From positions 248,001 to 312,000 of the forward strand of contig JABVCE010000003.1 of NCBI GenBank assembly GCA_014905635.1: 64,000 bases of DNA, read 5' to 3'. The stretch comes from Scenedesmus sp. PABB004. Its lineage: Eukaryota. A program made the position numbers and the translations under genes. Shown here one piece after another: positions 46,767 to 59,100 of this stretch. Below the pieces are notes generated by a model that saw nothing but the letters and a program-made list of their open reading frames with translations, did not search any database and was not told the DNA's origin. The number at the start of each line of letters is the position of its first letter. The first letter of the stretch is position 1.

Positions 46767-46890
46767 GCGGCCGGGCGCCGCGCCGCGCGCGGCGCGGCAG
46801 CTGTGTGCGCGCCTGTTTGCGTGAGCAGGCGCGCCCGGGCCCTCGGGTTTGCTGGCGCAGCTGCGGCGGGGTTCCACTGGTGACGCGCCG
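46767..46890 (+). repeat. Direct repeat A, copy 2 (downstream of NRAMP)
   Basis: Matches 43668-43790 with a few substitutions and small indels. Confidence 0.9.
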
Positions 46891-47173
46891 AGCAGCCCGT
46901 GGTGCCGCCGCGCCGCCGCCGCGCAGCCAGCCCGCCGGGCAGCGCCCCGCAGGGGACCACGCCTGGCTGCTCCCTGGGCAGCTCCGGAGCTGGCGGCGGC
47001 GCGCTGGGTGCGGCGGCGCGGTTCCGCCAAACCCCGCTGCGCCGCCTCAGTAGCTGCGCGCCTCCCGTGCGCTCGCTCAGAGCTGCTGCCAGCAACCTGT
47101 CGGCGAGCTCCTGACGACGCTGTGACACTCACCACACCCGCCACACCCGACTGCAGCACTGCTGTCGAGCGAG

Positions 47174-49928
47174 ATGCTGTCCACCGCACGCGCGGCGCGC
47201 GTGGCGCTCGCGGCGGCCGCAACCAGCGCGTCTGTGCTTCGTTTTATCCGTCAGCGCTCGCGGGTGCGTCGGGGGGCAGGGCAGCGTTCCGCTCCCAGAA
47301 GAGTGCGGCGACCGACGAGCGCGTGCTCCAGCCCGCGAGCTCTCCTTGCTCGCGCCCGTAAAAAGCGCAGCGCTTGCATTCCACGAGCTCCCAGGCCGCA
47401 GGCAGAACGCGCAGCGCGGCCGCGCGGCGGCGCGGCGTCTTGCTAACCCTTTCTCGCGCCGCTTTGTTCCGCAGGTGAGGGCGCGCGAGCTCGCCGAGCT
47501 CTCAGCTGCTGAAGACGAGGAGCGCGCGACGCGCGAGGCGGCCGTGCGCGGCCTGGTCGCAGGCGCGGTTGCCAAGGCGGTGGCGCAGGTGCCGCCTCCC
47601 CGCCGCTCGAGCCGGCCCCACGGCGCGGCCACGCCCGCGCGGGCGCCCTGCCAGCTCGCGGCGCGGCTCACGCGCGGCGCCCTGGCGCGCGCGGCGCAGG
47701 CGGAGCACGAGGCGGCGCAGGCCGCGGCGGCCGAGGAGCTGGAGCGGCGCCTGGTGTGCGGCCAGGCGGCCAAGGCCGCGGTGGCGGCGGTGGTGGCGGC
47801 GCAGGTGCGGGGCGGCACGGCACGGCGCGCGGCACGGCGCCCAGCCCCTGGCGCCGCCGCGCTCACGCGGGCGCTGCACCGCGCGCTGCGCGCCCAGGTG
47901 CACGACGCCAGGCTGGCGGCGCTCGGCGCGCGCCTCGCTGCCAAGGACGAGCGGCTCGCAAACCTGACCGAGCAGCGCGACGGCTGGCGGGTGCGCCCCG
48001 GCGAGCGCGGGCTGGCTGGCTGGCAGGGCCAGTGCCTGCCCAAGGCTGCCGCTGCCGCCGCCAGCCCTGCGCGCTCACGCCGCCCGCCCGCCCGCCGCCG
48101 CCGACATGCAGGCGCGGAGCGCCGACCTGGCGGCGCAGGCCTATGACCTGCGCGTGATGTACGACCGCCGCGCCGTGGCCGACGCGGCCGCCGCCGAGGA
48201 GCGCGCGGCGCGCGAGGTGGCCGTGCGCGGCCTGGTCGCGGGCGCGGTCGCCAAAGCGGTGGCGCAGGCGGAGCACGAGGCGGCGCAGACCGCGGGCGCC
48301 GAGGAGCTGGAGCGGCGCCTGGTGTGCGGCCAGGTGGCCAAGGCCGCGGTGGCGGCGGTGGTGGCGGCGCAGGTGCGGGGCGGCAAGGCGCGGCGCGCGC
48401 GTGGCGCCCAGCCCCTGCCGCCGCCGCGCTCACCCGGGCGCTGCACCGTGCTCTGCGCGCTCAGGCCCAGGACACGCTCAGCGCGCGCCTCGCCGCCAAG
48501 GACAAGCGCCTGGCCGACCTGACCGAGCAGCGCGACGGCTGGCGGGTGCGCCGCGGCGAACGAGGGGTGGCTGGCAGCGCCCCAGCGCCTGCCTAAGGCT
48601 GCCGCTGCCGCCGCCAGGCCTAGGCAGGCCTGTGCGCTCACGCCGCCCGCCCGCCCGCCGCCGCCGACCACGCAGGCGCGGAGCGCCGACCTGGCGGCGC
48701 AGGCCTACGACCTGCGCGTGATGTACGACCGCCGCGCCGTGGCCGACGCGGCCGCCGCCGAGGAGCGCGCGGCGCGTGAGGTGGCCGTGCGCGGCCTGGT
48801 CGCGGGCGCGCTCGCCAAGGCGATGGCGCAGGTGCGGCCGCCGCCTCTTGAGCCGCCCCCACGGCGCGGCCACGCCCGCGCGGGCGCCCTGCCAGCTCGC
48901 GGCACGGCTCACGCGCGGCGCCCTGGCGCGCGCGGCGCAGGCGGAGCACGAGGCGGCGCAGACCGCGGGCGCCGAGGAGCTGGAGCGGCGCCTGGTGTGC
49001 GGCGAGGTGGCCAAGGCCGCGGTGGCGGCGGTGGTGGCGGCGCAGGTGCGGGGCGCCACAGCACGGCGCGCGGCGCGCGTGTGGCGCAGCCGCCGCTGCG
49101 CTCACCCGGGCGCTGCACCGCGCGCTGCGCGCCCAGGTCCAGGACACGCTCAGCGCGCGCCTCGCTGCCAAGGACAAGCGCCTGGCCGACCTGACCGAGC
49201 AGCACAATGGCTGGCGGGTGCGCGGCGGCGAGCGCGGGCTGGCTGGCTGGCAGCGCCCCAGCGCCTGCACGAGGCTGCCGCTGCCGCCGCCAGCCCTGCG
49301 CGCTCACGCCGCCCGCCCGCCCGCCGCCGCCGAGCCGCAGGCGCGGAGCGACGACCTGGCGGCGCGCGCAGACAAGCTGCACGCGCTGTATGAGCGCCGC
49401 GCGGCGGCCGACGCGGCTGCCGCCGAGGAGCGCATCAGCGCCATCAGCACGGCGTGCGCGGGGGCCGTGCGCCGCATGGTCGACGACACACTGGACAGGA
49501 AGGCGGCGCGCGACGCAGCGCTCGCTCGCGCGCGCGCGTCGCACGAGGACTGCGACAGCCCCCGGAGCGCCGGCAGCACCGGCAAGCTGGCGACGGGCGA
49601 GCTGGCCCCCGCCGCGACCCACCGCGCCGCCGGAGCGGCGGCGATGGCAGCCTGCGCCGGCCTGGCCACGCGCGCCGCGAGCAAGGGCCGGGCCGCCTGG
49701 GCGGCGGCGTCCGAGCAGCCAGGCAGCCCGGGCACGCCGGCGAAGCGGAGCTCCTCCGAGAGCGACTGCTGGTTCGCCGGCAGCGGCACGTGGCGCGCGG
49801 GGCTGGCCAGCAGGAGCAGCAGCGGCCGGCGCCAGTCTCACAGCGGCGGCGGGCACGCAGGCGGCGTGGCCCCCGCGCAGGCGGCAGCTGCCGTCGCGGC
49901 CGCCAGCGCCGCCATGGTGGGCGCGTGA
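47174..49928 (+). CDS. Orphan helical/coiled-coil protein built from tandem exon-intron block duplications (~114-aa unit)
   Basis: ATG 47174; exon 1 ends 47263 (donor GTGCGT); intron has a GCTAAC branch site and acceptor at 47474. All later exons are phase 0 and open (ARSADLAAQAYDLRVMY..AVRGLVAGAVAKAVAQ|AEHEAAQ..VAKAAVAAVVAAQ|..LAAKDKRLADLTEQRDGWR); stop at 49928. Confidence 0.7.
47517..49431 (+). repeat. Tandem ~560-670-bp units (47517-48111 partial, 48112-48675, 48676-49340, 49341-49431 partial)
   Basis: Both exons and introns are recognisably homologous between units. Confidence 0.92.
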
Positions 49929-50164
49929 GGCGGCGGGAGTCGTCGGGAGCCGGCAGGCCGAGGCTACGCGTGCGTGGTGGCAGCACTGGAGGGCGCGCGC
50001 GCTGTGTGGGGATTTGGGCTGCTGCGGCAGGCGCCAGGGCGGGTCGCGCGGGCGCGCGTGCACAGGAAACGAGAGAGGTTGCACCCCCTCTCCGCCAGCC
50101 CAGCGCGGCCCGCACGCCGCCAGCCGCCGCCGCCAGCGTGCGCGCGCGGCCGCCCCAGCTCGCC

Positions 50165-53100
50165 TCAGCCCTCGGGCGCGGGGAGCGCGAAGCGCGCGGT
50201 GTCGCCCGCGGTCAACAGCCCCACGACGCCCGACTCTGGCGTCGCGCCCGAGGGCAGGAACATGTCGTGCCGCTGGTCGCGGTACGCCGCCCACACCGCG
50301 CTGCCCGCCAGCGCCGCGCCGACCTGCTCCCCGTACGTGCCCTCCTCGGCCAGCAGGCGCAGCACGTCCACCGCGAGCGCGCGCTCCACCGCCGCCTCCT
50401 GCTCGCCGGCGCCGGCGCCACGCCCGCCGGCGCCGGTCCCCTCCCCGCCCGCCTCGGCGGCGTGTCCGCCGCTGCGCCAGTCGAGGCGCGCGAGCAGGCG
50501 GGCGGGCATGCCCGCGCTCAGCGCCTGCGCGACGAGCGTGTCGCGCTGGCGGTTGGCGGGGCTCAGCGCGCGCTTGAGCGTCTCCAGCACCAGCAGGCTC
50601 GCGCCGTGGCCCCACGCCATCGCCGCCGCGAGCGTCGGCACGAGCGGCGCGCCCGCCGACGCCGCGAGCGCCTCGGCCGCGCCCGGCGACGCCGCGAGCG
50701 CGTGCAGCAGGCGCAGCACGCTGCCGCCGAGCTCGTCGGGCGGCGCGGACGCAGTCAGCCCCGCCGCGCCTGGCGGCGCGCCGGGCGGCGGCGCCGGGAT
50801 GCGCGCGGTGCGGCCGGCGAGCAGGCCCAGCAGGCGGCCGGCGTAGCCGAGCTGCGCCACGTGGTCGGCGAGCAGGCCGTGCCCCGCGAGCAGCGCGACC
50901 GCCGCCGCGGAGAGCAGCAGGCAGCGGTCGGCCGCGCGGCGCGCGCCCTCGCCGCCGGCGCACGCGGCGCGCAGCTCGGCCAGGTAGCGCTCCGCCAGCG
51001 CCTCGGCAAACGCGGCGGGGTCGCGCACGGCAAAGGTGGGGTTCTTCAGGTACAGCCGCACGTAGACGCCGCCCACAAACAGCTCGTCCGCGAGCCCCGC
51101 GCACGCGGCGGCGGCGCCCGGCGGCGGCGCCCACTCGTACGCGCCGCCCGCGTGCGCGCGCCGCACGCCCGCCGCGAGCGCCGCGACCTCGGCCGACGCG
51201 GCGGCGGCCATGCGGCCGTCCCACAGGCACTCGGGCGTCTCCACGGTCTGTGGCGCGGGCGGGGGCAAGCTAGTTTGAAACGCGGGGGGGGGGGGGGCAT
51301 TGGCGCGGCACGCGGCGGCCGCGGCGCCCCGCACGCACCTGCGCCAGCGCGCGCAGCACCGCCTCGGGCGGGCCCTCGGCGATGGTGGCGACCAGCCCCG
51401 GCGGCAGCAGCTTGCCCAGCAGCAGGCTCACGCGCGGGCCGTGCGTGGGCTGCGCCAGCAGCGCGCGCAGCACGTCAGCCGCCGCGGCGCGCGCGGGCGC
51501 TGCCTCCGCGTCCGCGTCGGCCGCGTCGCCGCCGGGCCAGGACCAGCTGCGGGTGCGGCGGGGGGCGGCGGGGCCTCAACCGGGGCGTGCGCGAGCGCCG
51601 CCGCCGCGCGGCGCGCAGCGCCCAGCCCCAGGTCGGCGCCGGCGCCGCCCCGCCTGCGCAGGCGCGCGCAGCCCCCTGCCGCCGCGCACCTGCCGCTGTG
51701 CAGCAGCACCGACAGCAGCAGCACCGCGCCGCCCTGGTAGCCGGCGACGCTGGCGGCCAGCGGCGAGCCGCACAGCCGCCGCAGCAGCGCGAGCGCGCCG
51801 CACAGCACGCGCGGCGAGGGCGGCTGCACCGCGAGCCAGAAGAGCTGGCGCAGCAGGCCCTCGTCGGTCAGCGCGTCGGTGACCGCCGCGTTGGCCGTCG
51901 CGCGCGCAAGCAGCGCCAGCCCCAGCGCCGCGAGCTGCTCCGCCGTCGCCGCGAGCGCGGCGGCCTCGGCGCTGCCCGGCGCCGGCGCGCCGCCGGCGCC
52001 GGCCGCGCCGCCGGCCGCGTCTGAACCGCCGCCGCCGCCGCCGGCCGCGGCCGCCTCGTAGAGGGGCGGGAAGGTCGCCGCGGCGGGCGTGACGCACGCG
52101 ACGAGCGGCGAGAGCGCGCTCTTGTTGGACAGCAGGCCGAGCAGGCGGGGCTCGGCCTCGAGCAGGCCGCCCAGCGCCGCCACGACCTCCAGAACGTCAC
52201 CGACCTCGCCGCCCGGCAGCAGGTGCAGCTCGCGGCCGCGGAAGCAGCGCTCCACGAGGCGCTCGTACAGGAAGCGCACGAGGGCCTTGCAGAACCCTGC
52301 GGGGTCGGACGGCTGCCCGCCGCCCGGGCCGCCGGGCGCGCCCGCCGGCGCGCCGCCCGGCGCGCGCGGCGCGACGCCGCCCGTGGCCGTCGCGGGCGGC
52401 GCGGCGGGGCCGCCGGGCGCCGCCGCGGCCGCGCCGCCGGGCGCGGCGGCGGACGACGTCGCGGCGGTGACGGTCGCGTTGCTCGCGTTGGCGCCGCTCG
52501 CGCCGCGCTGGTTGAACACGCGCACAAACACGCCGCCGACCTGCAGCTCGCCCGCGAGGCTGGTGAAGGCAAAGCCGGTCAGCGCGGCGAGGTCGGGCCC
52601 GCGCGCGCGCTGCGCCGCGAGCGCCTTGCTCAGCTCTTCGCGCATGCCGCTGTTCCAGATGACCTGCGCCGTCTCCATGCTGCTGTTGAGGCACGTCAGC
52701 AGGCCGCGCGGGTCGGGGTCGGCGAGGCGCGCCGCGAGCGACTGCGTGAGCAGCGCGGCCAGCGCGCCGGCCGCCGCGTCGTTGCGCGGCGTCGCGTGCG
52801 GCTCGGGCAGCACGCCTGGCGCGCGGGCGGTCGGTCGGCGCGGCGCGGCGCTGGTCAGCGGGGGCGCCGGGGGGAGGGCAGGGGCGGGCGGCGCGCGGCG
52901 CGCGGCGCGCGGCGCGCGGCACCACCAACTAGCCCAGGCCGCCAGCCGCCGCCCCCCGCGCACCTGCGAGCCGCGCCAGCGCCTGCGCCGCCAGCAGCGC
53001 GTGCTGGCTGCGCGCCTCCTGCATGTTGGGCCGCACGAGCGCGCTGTCCAGCAGCCGGAAGCCTGCCAGCGCGTCGCCGCCGCCGGCCGCCCGCGCGGGC

Positions 53101-56100
53101 GCCGCCGGCGGCGCGGGCACGAGCGCGGCGGCCAGCGCGGGCGCGAGCGCCGCGGCCGGCCCCGCGCCGCCGCCGGGCGCCGCGCCGCCGCCGTCGCCCG
53201 CGCCGCCGCCGCCGGCGGCGCCGGCGGCGCTGAAGGGCAGCGCCAGGCGCGCGGCGGCCTCGGCGGAGAGTGTGACATCATACTCCAGCAGCAGCGGCAC
53301 CACGTGCGGCAGCACGCCCACCTCCAGCAGCGCCTCCTGCAGCGCCGGCGCCGCGGCGAGGTGGCAGATGGCCACCAGCGCCGCGTCGACCGCGGCGGGC
53401 GCGCGCTGCAGGCCGCAGCACCTGCGCGGCGGCGGCGGCGGTTGCTCGGGCGGCGCGCGGGCAGGCGGCGCACGGGCGAGCGGCGCGCAGGCGGGCGGGC
53501 GGCGCGCGCCGCCGCCCCCGCGGCCGGGCCGGCGCGGGCTCACTTGACGATGTCGGCCACGAGCTGGCGCTGGCCCGCGATGTCGCGGCGCGCGGGCTCG
53601 ACCCCGGCGAGGCCGGCGAGGCTGCGCAGGGCGTGGGTGGTGATGACGGCCTCGGGGCTCGTGGGCGCCGCGTCGAGGGGCAGGATGCCGACGCACCTGG
53701 CGGGGGCGGGGGGGGGGGGGCGCGTGAGCGGCGCGGCAGCGCGGGCTGCACAGGCGGCGGCGGCGGCCGCACAGGCGGCGGCGCCGCGGCGAGCAGGCTC
53801 ACCGCGAGAGCAGGCCGGCGAGCAGGGGCAGGCCGCCGCTGCGCAGCAGCTCCTCGGCGTTGCGCCGGCTCGCCACGCACGTGAGCCAGCACAGCTCAAT
53901 CGCCGCGAGCACCTGGCCCACGCGCTCGCCCGACAGAAAGTGCCCGCCGCCGCCGCCGGCGCCGCCGCCGGCGCGCGCGTCGTCGCCCTCTGCTGCTGCA
54001 GCGCCGCCCTCCGCGGCGCCCCCCTGCGCCGCCGCGCCCGCGGCGCCGGGCGCGCCCGCCTGCGCCTGGCGCAGCACCTCGAGCAGCTGCGGGTAGCCGG
54101 CGTACTTGAAGGGCGCCAGCGCGGCGCCGTAGCGGCGGAAGAGGATGCACTGCGCGCGCAGCATGAGCAGTAGGCGCCACGCCTGCGGGCCCTGCCCGCC
54201 CGCCGCGCCGGCCTGCAGGCGCTCGTACGCGCGCTGCACGGTGAGGAAGCGCGCGCGGGCCTCGGGGCTGGGGTTCTTGTCGGGGTGGAACCTGCGGCGC
54301 CGCGGCGGCGCACAGGCGCGGGCGCGGGCGCGCGGCGGCGGCGCGGCGGTGGGTGCGCGGCGCGGCGGGGCCGCGAAAAAGCGCACAACGGGGCCGGGCC
54401 CGTCTCCCGCCCCAGGGCGCGGTCGCTCACTTGCGCGCGAGCGCGCGGTACGCGCGGCGCATGTCGTCCTCCGCCACGACGCCGCCGGGGCCGGGGGATA
54501 GCTCGAGCGCCTCGCACGCCTGCGCCTCCGACATGGCCAGCGGCTGCCGCGCCAGCTCGGCGCGCCACTGCTCCATGAGCGCCTGTGGGCGGTGCGGCGC
54601 GGCGCGGCGCGGCGGTTCGCGGCGGGCGCGGGCGGCACCGGGCCGAGGCAGCCGCCGCGCGGCGCGCGCGGGCACCTGCAGCAGCGGGATGTGGTCCACG
54701 ATGGGCCAGCCGGCGAAGCGCTCCTCGTCGCAGAGGTTGCGCAGGTAGTACCTGGCGGTGGGCAGGAGGAGCGGCGCGGGGCAGGGGCGGGACCATTAGG
54801 GGGCAGGAGCGTGGCCGCGAGAGCGCGGGCGCGGCGGCGGCGCGGCAGGCGCGGGCGCGCGGCGGCGCAGGGCTCAGCCCGCGGCCGGGGCCCCAGGCGC
54901 CGCGCCGCACCTGTGGCACCACACCTCGTCGCCGAGCTCGGGCCAGGCGAGCGGCGGCGGCGGCGTGTACTCGTACACCGCGTGGCAGTGCTGCGAGAGG
55001 CGGTGGGGGAAGTCGCCGAGGTGCTGCACGGCGCGGCGGGCGCGGGGGGGGGCGGGGCGGGGGCGGGCGGGCGCGGGGCGCGGGGCCGGGGCGGGGGCGG
55101 GGCGGGGGCGGGCGCGGGGGCGGGGGCGGGGCGGGTCGGCCGAGCGCGGCGCGGCGGCGGGCAGGCGGGGCCTGCGCGCGGCGCGCCGCCAGCCGCGCGG
55201 CCGCACCTGCAGCATCGCCGGGATGAGGCGCTGCTGGCGCATCGCCGCCGTCCAGACGACCTCAGGCGTGTCGTGGTCGCCGGCGAGCGCCGCGGCAAAG
55301 ACGCCGCCGCCGTAGCTCTCCAGCAGGTGCAGCAGGCTCTCCGGCAGCAGCGCGCCCAGGTAGCTTCGCTGCACGAGCGGCAGCCCCGCCGTGAGCTCGG
55401 CGGGGCCCCTGGCGGGCGGGCGGGCGGCGGCGCGGCGCGGCGTCGGCGTCGGCGCCAGCGGGGCGGCGGCGCGCGCGGGGCTGCGACGCGCCGGCGCCGC
55501 ACCTGAACGCCTGGCCGAGGTGGACGACCTTGAACAGCTCGGCCAGCTCCTCCAGGTTGCTGCCGCAGTAGGCGAGGCCAAAGATGAAGGCGCCGCTGAG
55601 GTAGAGGCGCGACAGCGCGGCGGGATTGTGCGCGAGCACGGTCGTCAGCAGCGCCGCGGCCGCCGACACGAGCGCCGGCTCGCCTGCGGCGGCGGCGCGC
55701 GCGGCGGAAGGGGCTGGGCGGTGGACAGGGGGGGGGCGCTGGGCAGGCAGGCGGCGCCGCGCAGCCGCCGCGGCCGCCGCGTCGTCGTCGTCCCGCCGCG
55801 CTCGCACCGGTGAGCATGACCTGGACGATGTGCGGCAGGCAGGCCGGGTCCGCGAGCCCCCGGTGCGCGCGCGGCAGCGGCTGCAGCACGCTGCCGTGCT
55901 CGTCCACCGCCGGCTGCAGCAGCGCGAGCTGCTGCAGGATCTTGAGCGCGACGAGCGCGGCGTCAAAGGGCCCCAGCAGGCCCAGGCCCGTGCCGCACAT
56001 CCAGCGCAGCTCGCGCACGCGCCCGAGCTGCGCCGGCGCGGCCATGCCGGCCGCCCACACATGCGTCGCGTCGCCCAGCACGCCGCGCGCGTGCAGGTGG

Positions 56101-59100
56101 CGCAGCGCCTCCTTGCTCAGCGGCCCCGCGCGCCCGCTCTCGTCCGGCCCCGGCACGCGCTCGTCGCCCACGACGTACGCCGGCTCCGCGGTGCTGGCCT
56201 GACTGCCAGCCTCGCCGGCGCGCGCCTCGTCGCTGCCGGCCGCGCCCGGCGCCGGCGCTGGCGCCGGCGGCAGCGCGCCGCCGTCGGGGCGCCAGCCGTG
56301 TGGGTAAAAGTACCACTCCTTTGGCGCGGCGGCGTGGCTGATGCTGGTGATGAGGTGACCCGCGCCCGCGGACGCCGCCGCGGCGGCGCCGCCGGCGCCC
56401 GCCGACGCGAGGCGGCGCTCGCTGCACTCGTGCGCGCCTGCGACAAAGTCGACGAGCAGCTCCAGCCCGCCCGCGTCCATCAGCGCGTAGCCGTTGGCCT
56501 GCGCCGCGCGCACCGCGGCCGCGAGGCCGGGCGGGGCGGCGGCGGCGCCGCCGCCGCGCGCGGCGCGCCGCCGCCCGCGACGTTGGGCAGGCCGCCGCCG
56601 CCGCGGGCGCCGCCGGGCGCCGCGCCGCGCGCCGCCGTGGCGGCGGTCGGCGGCGCGAGGTCGCCGGCCGCGCGCGGCGCAATGAGCGCCTGCAGCAGCA
56701 GCAGCAGCCCGTGGCGCAGGCTGCGGCGCGGCGTGGCGTCGAGGAGCTGCAGCAGGTGCGCCACGCCCTCAAACGGCCCGATCGCGCCCGCGTGCGCGCT
56801 GTAAGCCGCGGCCATGGCCTTCACGCACAGCTGCTGCGTGATGCGAGCGCCGCCGGGCGCCGACGCCGCGTCGCCGTCGCCGTCGCCGCCGGCGTCGGGG
56901 CAGGCCAGCAGCGTGTGGTAGCAGGCGTTGAAGAACTCCCGGGGGCTGGCCAGCTTGTCCACCGCGGCTGCGCGCGGCGCGGCGCGTGGCGGCGGCTGGG
57001 CACGCCGTGCCGCGCTGCGCTGCGCCGCGCAGAGCGTGCGCCGCGCGCCGCGCCGAGCGCGGTGTGCGCACCCGCGTCGCCGCCCTCGAGCAGCAGGCGC
57101 ACGTAGACGCCTCCGATGCAGAGCTGGCTGGCGGTGCTCGGGTAGCGCACGGAGAACTCAGCCCAGTTCCAGCTCGGCCAGCCGCCGCCGCCCTGCCGGG
57201 CGAGGCGTCGGCGACGGGGCGCGCGGGTGCTGGTGAGGCGCGCCGGCCGCGCGCCAGGCGGCGCGCCCGCGCGTGCGGCTTGACCGGCGCCCCGTCGGGA
57301 GGGCCGGCCGGCGCACCTTGGCGACGCGCGTGCGTGCCGCGCGCAGCCCGGCGAGCTCGCGCTCCAGAGCGTCGCGCAGCTCGCGGCGCGTGGACTCGTT
57401 CCATATGAGTCCCGCGTGGCAGTGGTCGCGCGCCGCGGCCGCCCACAGCGCCGGCCAGTTGCCGCGCAGCCCGCCGGCGGCCTGCGCGCACGCGGGGCGG
57501 CGGGGCGGCGCGGGAGGGGCAGCGCCAAGCGTGAGCGCCGGCGGCAGCTCGCTTGCCGGGCACGCAGCGGGCCCCCAGCGCGCTTCGCACCGCGGGCAGG
57601 ACGGGCGGCCTGTGGGCAGGGCTGGGCCCGGCCGGCTGCTGCGGCGGCGCCTGCTGCGCCTGCTGCGCGCTGCCGTCGGCAGCTGCCTGTGCGCCAGCGG
57701 TCGTTGCCGCATGGGCGGTGCCGTTGGCAAGGGCCTGCTGCGGGGCAGCTGACCCCGGCGTCACCGCGCCCTGCGGCGCTGCGCCGCCGCCGCCGCGGCG
57801 GCAGCGGGGGCGGCCAGCGGGTCGCTGCTGGCCGCCGGCGCACCGCCGCCGGGGCCAGGCCCCGGTGCCACCAGCGGCGCGGCCGCGGGCGGTGCCGGCG
57901 CCGCAGGTGCCGTGGGCGCTGCCGCCCCGGGCGCCGCCGCCGGCTGCTGCGGCTCCGTGGGCTGCGGCGCGGGCTGCAGCGCGGGCTGCGGCGCCGCCGG
58001 CTGCGGCGCTGGCTTGAGCGCTGGGGCTGGCTGGGGCTTGGGCACGCTGAGGTAGCGCAGCAGACCGGGCGGCAGGACGCGGCGCAGCAGGCCCAGCGCC
58101 GGGCCGTACTCGTCCGCCCAGCTCGCCACCAGCTCCTGGCTCAGCTGGGCCTTGTCGCCTGCGCGGAGCGGCGCGGTGAGCGGCGCGTCGAGGCGCGGCG
58201 CGCCGAGGCGCGGCTGCGGCGCGGGCGGCGGCACCCTCGCCCCGCGGCCGCTGCCCCTCCGCCCTCCGCCGCGCACCCGAGCTGAAGAGGGCAATGCTGA
58301 GGTGGTGCAGGAGCGCGCCCTCGCGCAGCGCCGCGTCGCGCATGGGCGCTGCCGCCGCGGCGCCGCACTCGGCAATCGACCGCATCAGCACCGCCGCGCC
58401 GTCCGCCACGCGCGCCGCGGGGTGCGCAAACAGCTCAAACAGCGGCCGCCCGAGCGCCGCGGCCGCGCGCAGCGCCGCGTCCTGCAGCGAGGCGTCGGTC
58501 GTGCGCGCCCCGGGGTCTGGCGGGCGCGGCGGCAAGCGGGCAAGCGGCGGGCGGCGGCGCGTGAGCTGGCGGCGGCGGCGGCGCGCGCGGGGCCGACGCC
58601 CCGGCCGCCCCGCAGCCGCCCGGCCCTCACCCACGGCCAGCGCGGTGACGACCTCCAGCAGGGCCATGGCGGTCAGCGGCGCCGCGCCGCCCGGGCGCGC
58701 GAGCGGCGCGAGCAGCACTGCCAGGCGCTCGGCCGCGAGCTGGGGCGGGAAGGCGAGGAGCTTGGCGGCGCGTGCGAGCGCGTTGTCCTCGCGGCTGTTG
58801 GTCAGATAGAGCTCCTCCCCGCCCAGCGGCGCGGCGCCTGGGCGCGCGCGGGGCGGCGGCCGGGGCGGCGGCCGGGGCGGCGGCCGGCCGGGTGTCAGCG
58901 GGAGCCCCGGCGCGGAGCGAGCCGAGCCGTGCCGCGGCGCGCGCACGCGCTGCGCCGCGCCGCCGGGCCTGTCCACCCCGCGCTCACCGCGCAGCAGGCG
59001 CCAGGGCGGCGCGCCGTGCCGCGCAGGCGCGGGCGCGAAGAGCCGGACCAGCAGGCGCGCCGCCTCGGCGGCGACGTGCTCGCTGCCGCAGGCGAGGCAC

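Noticed and set aside
57780..57845. Apparent frameshift in RME-8
   Set aside because: Resolved by a short GTGCGC...GCAG intron that restores the frame.
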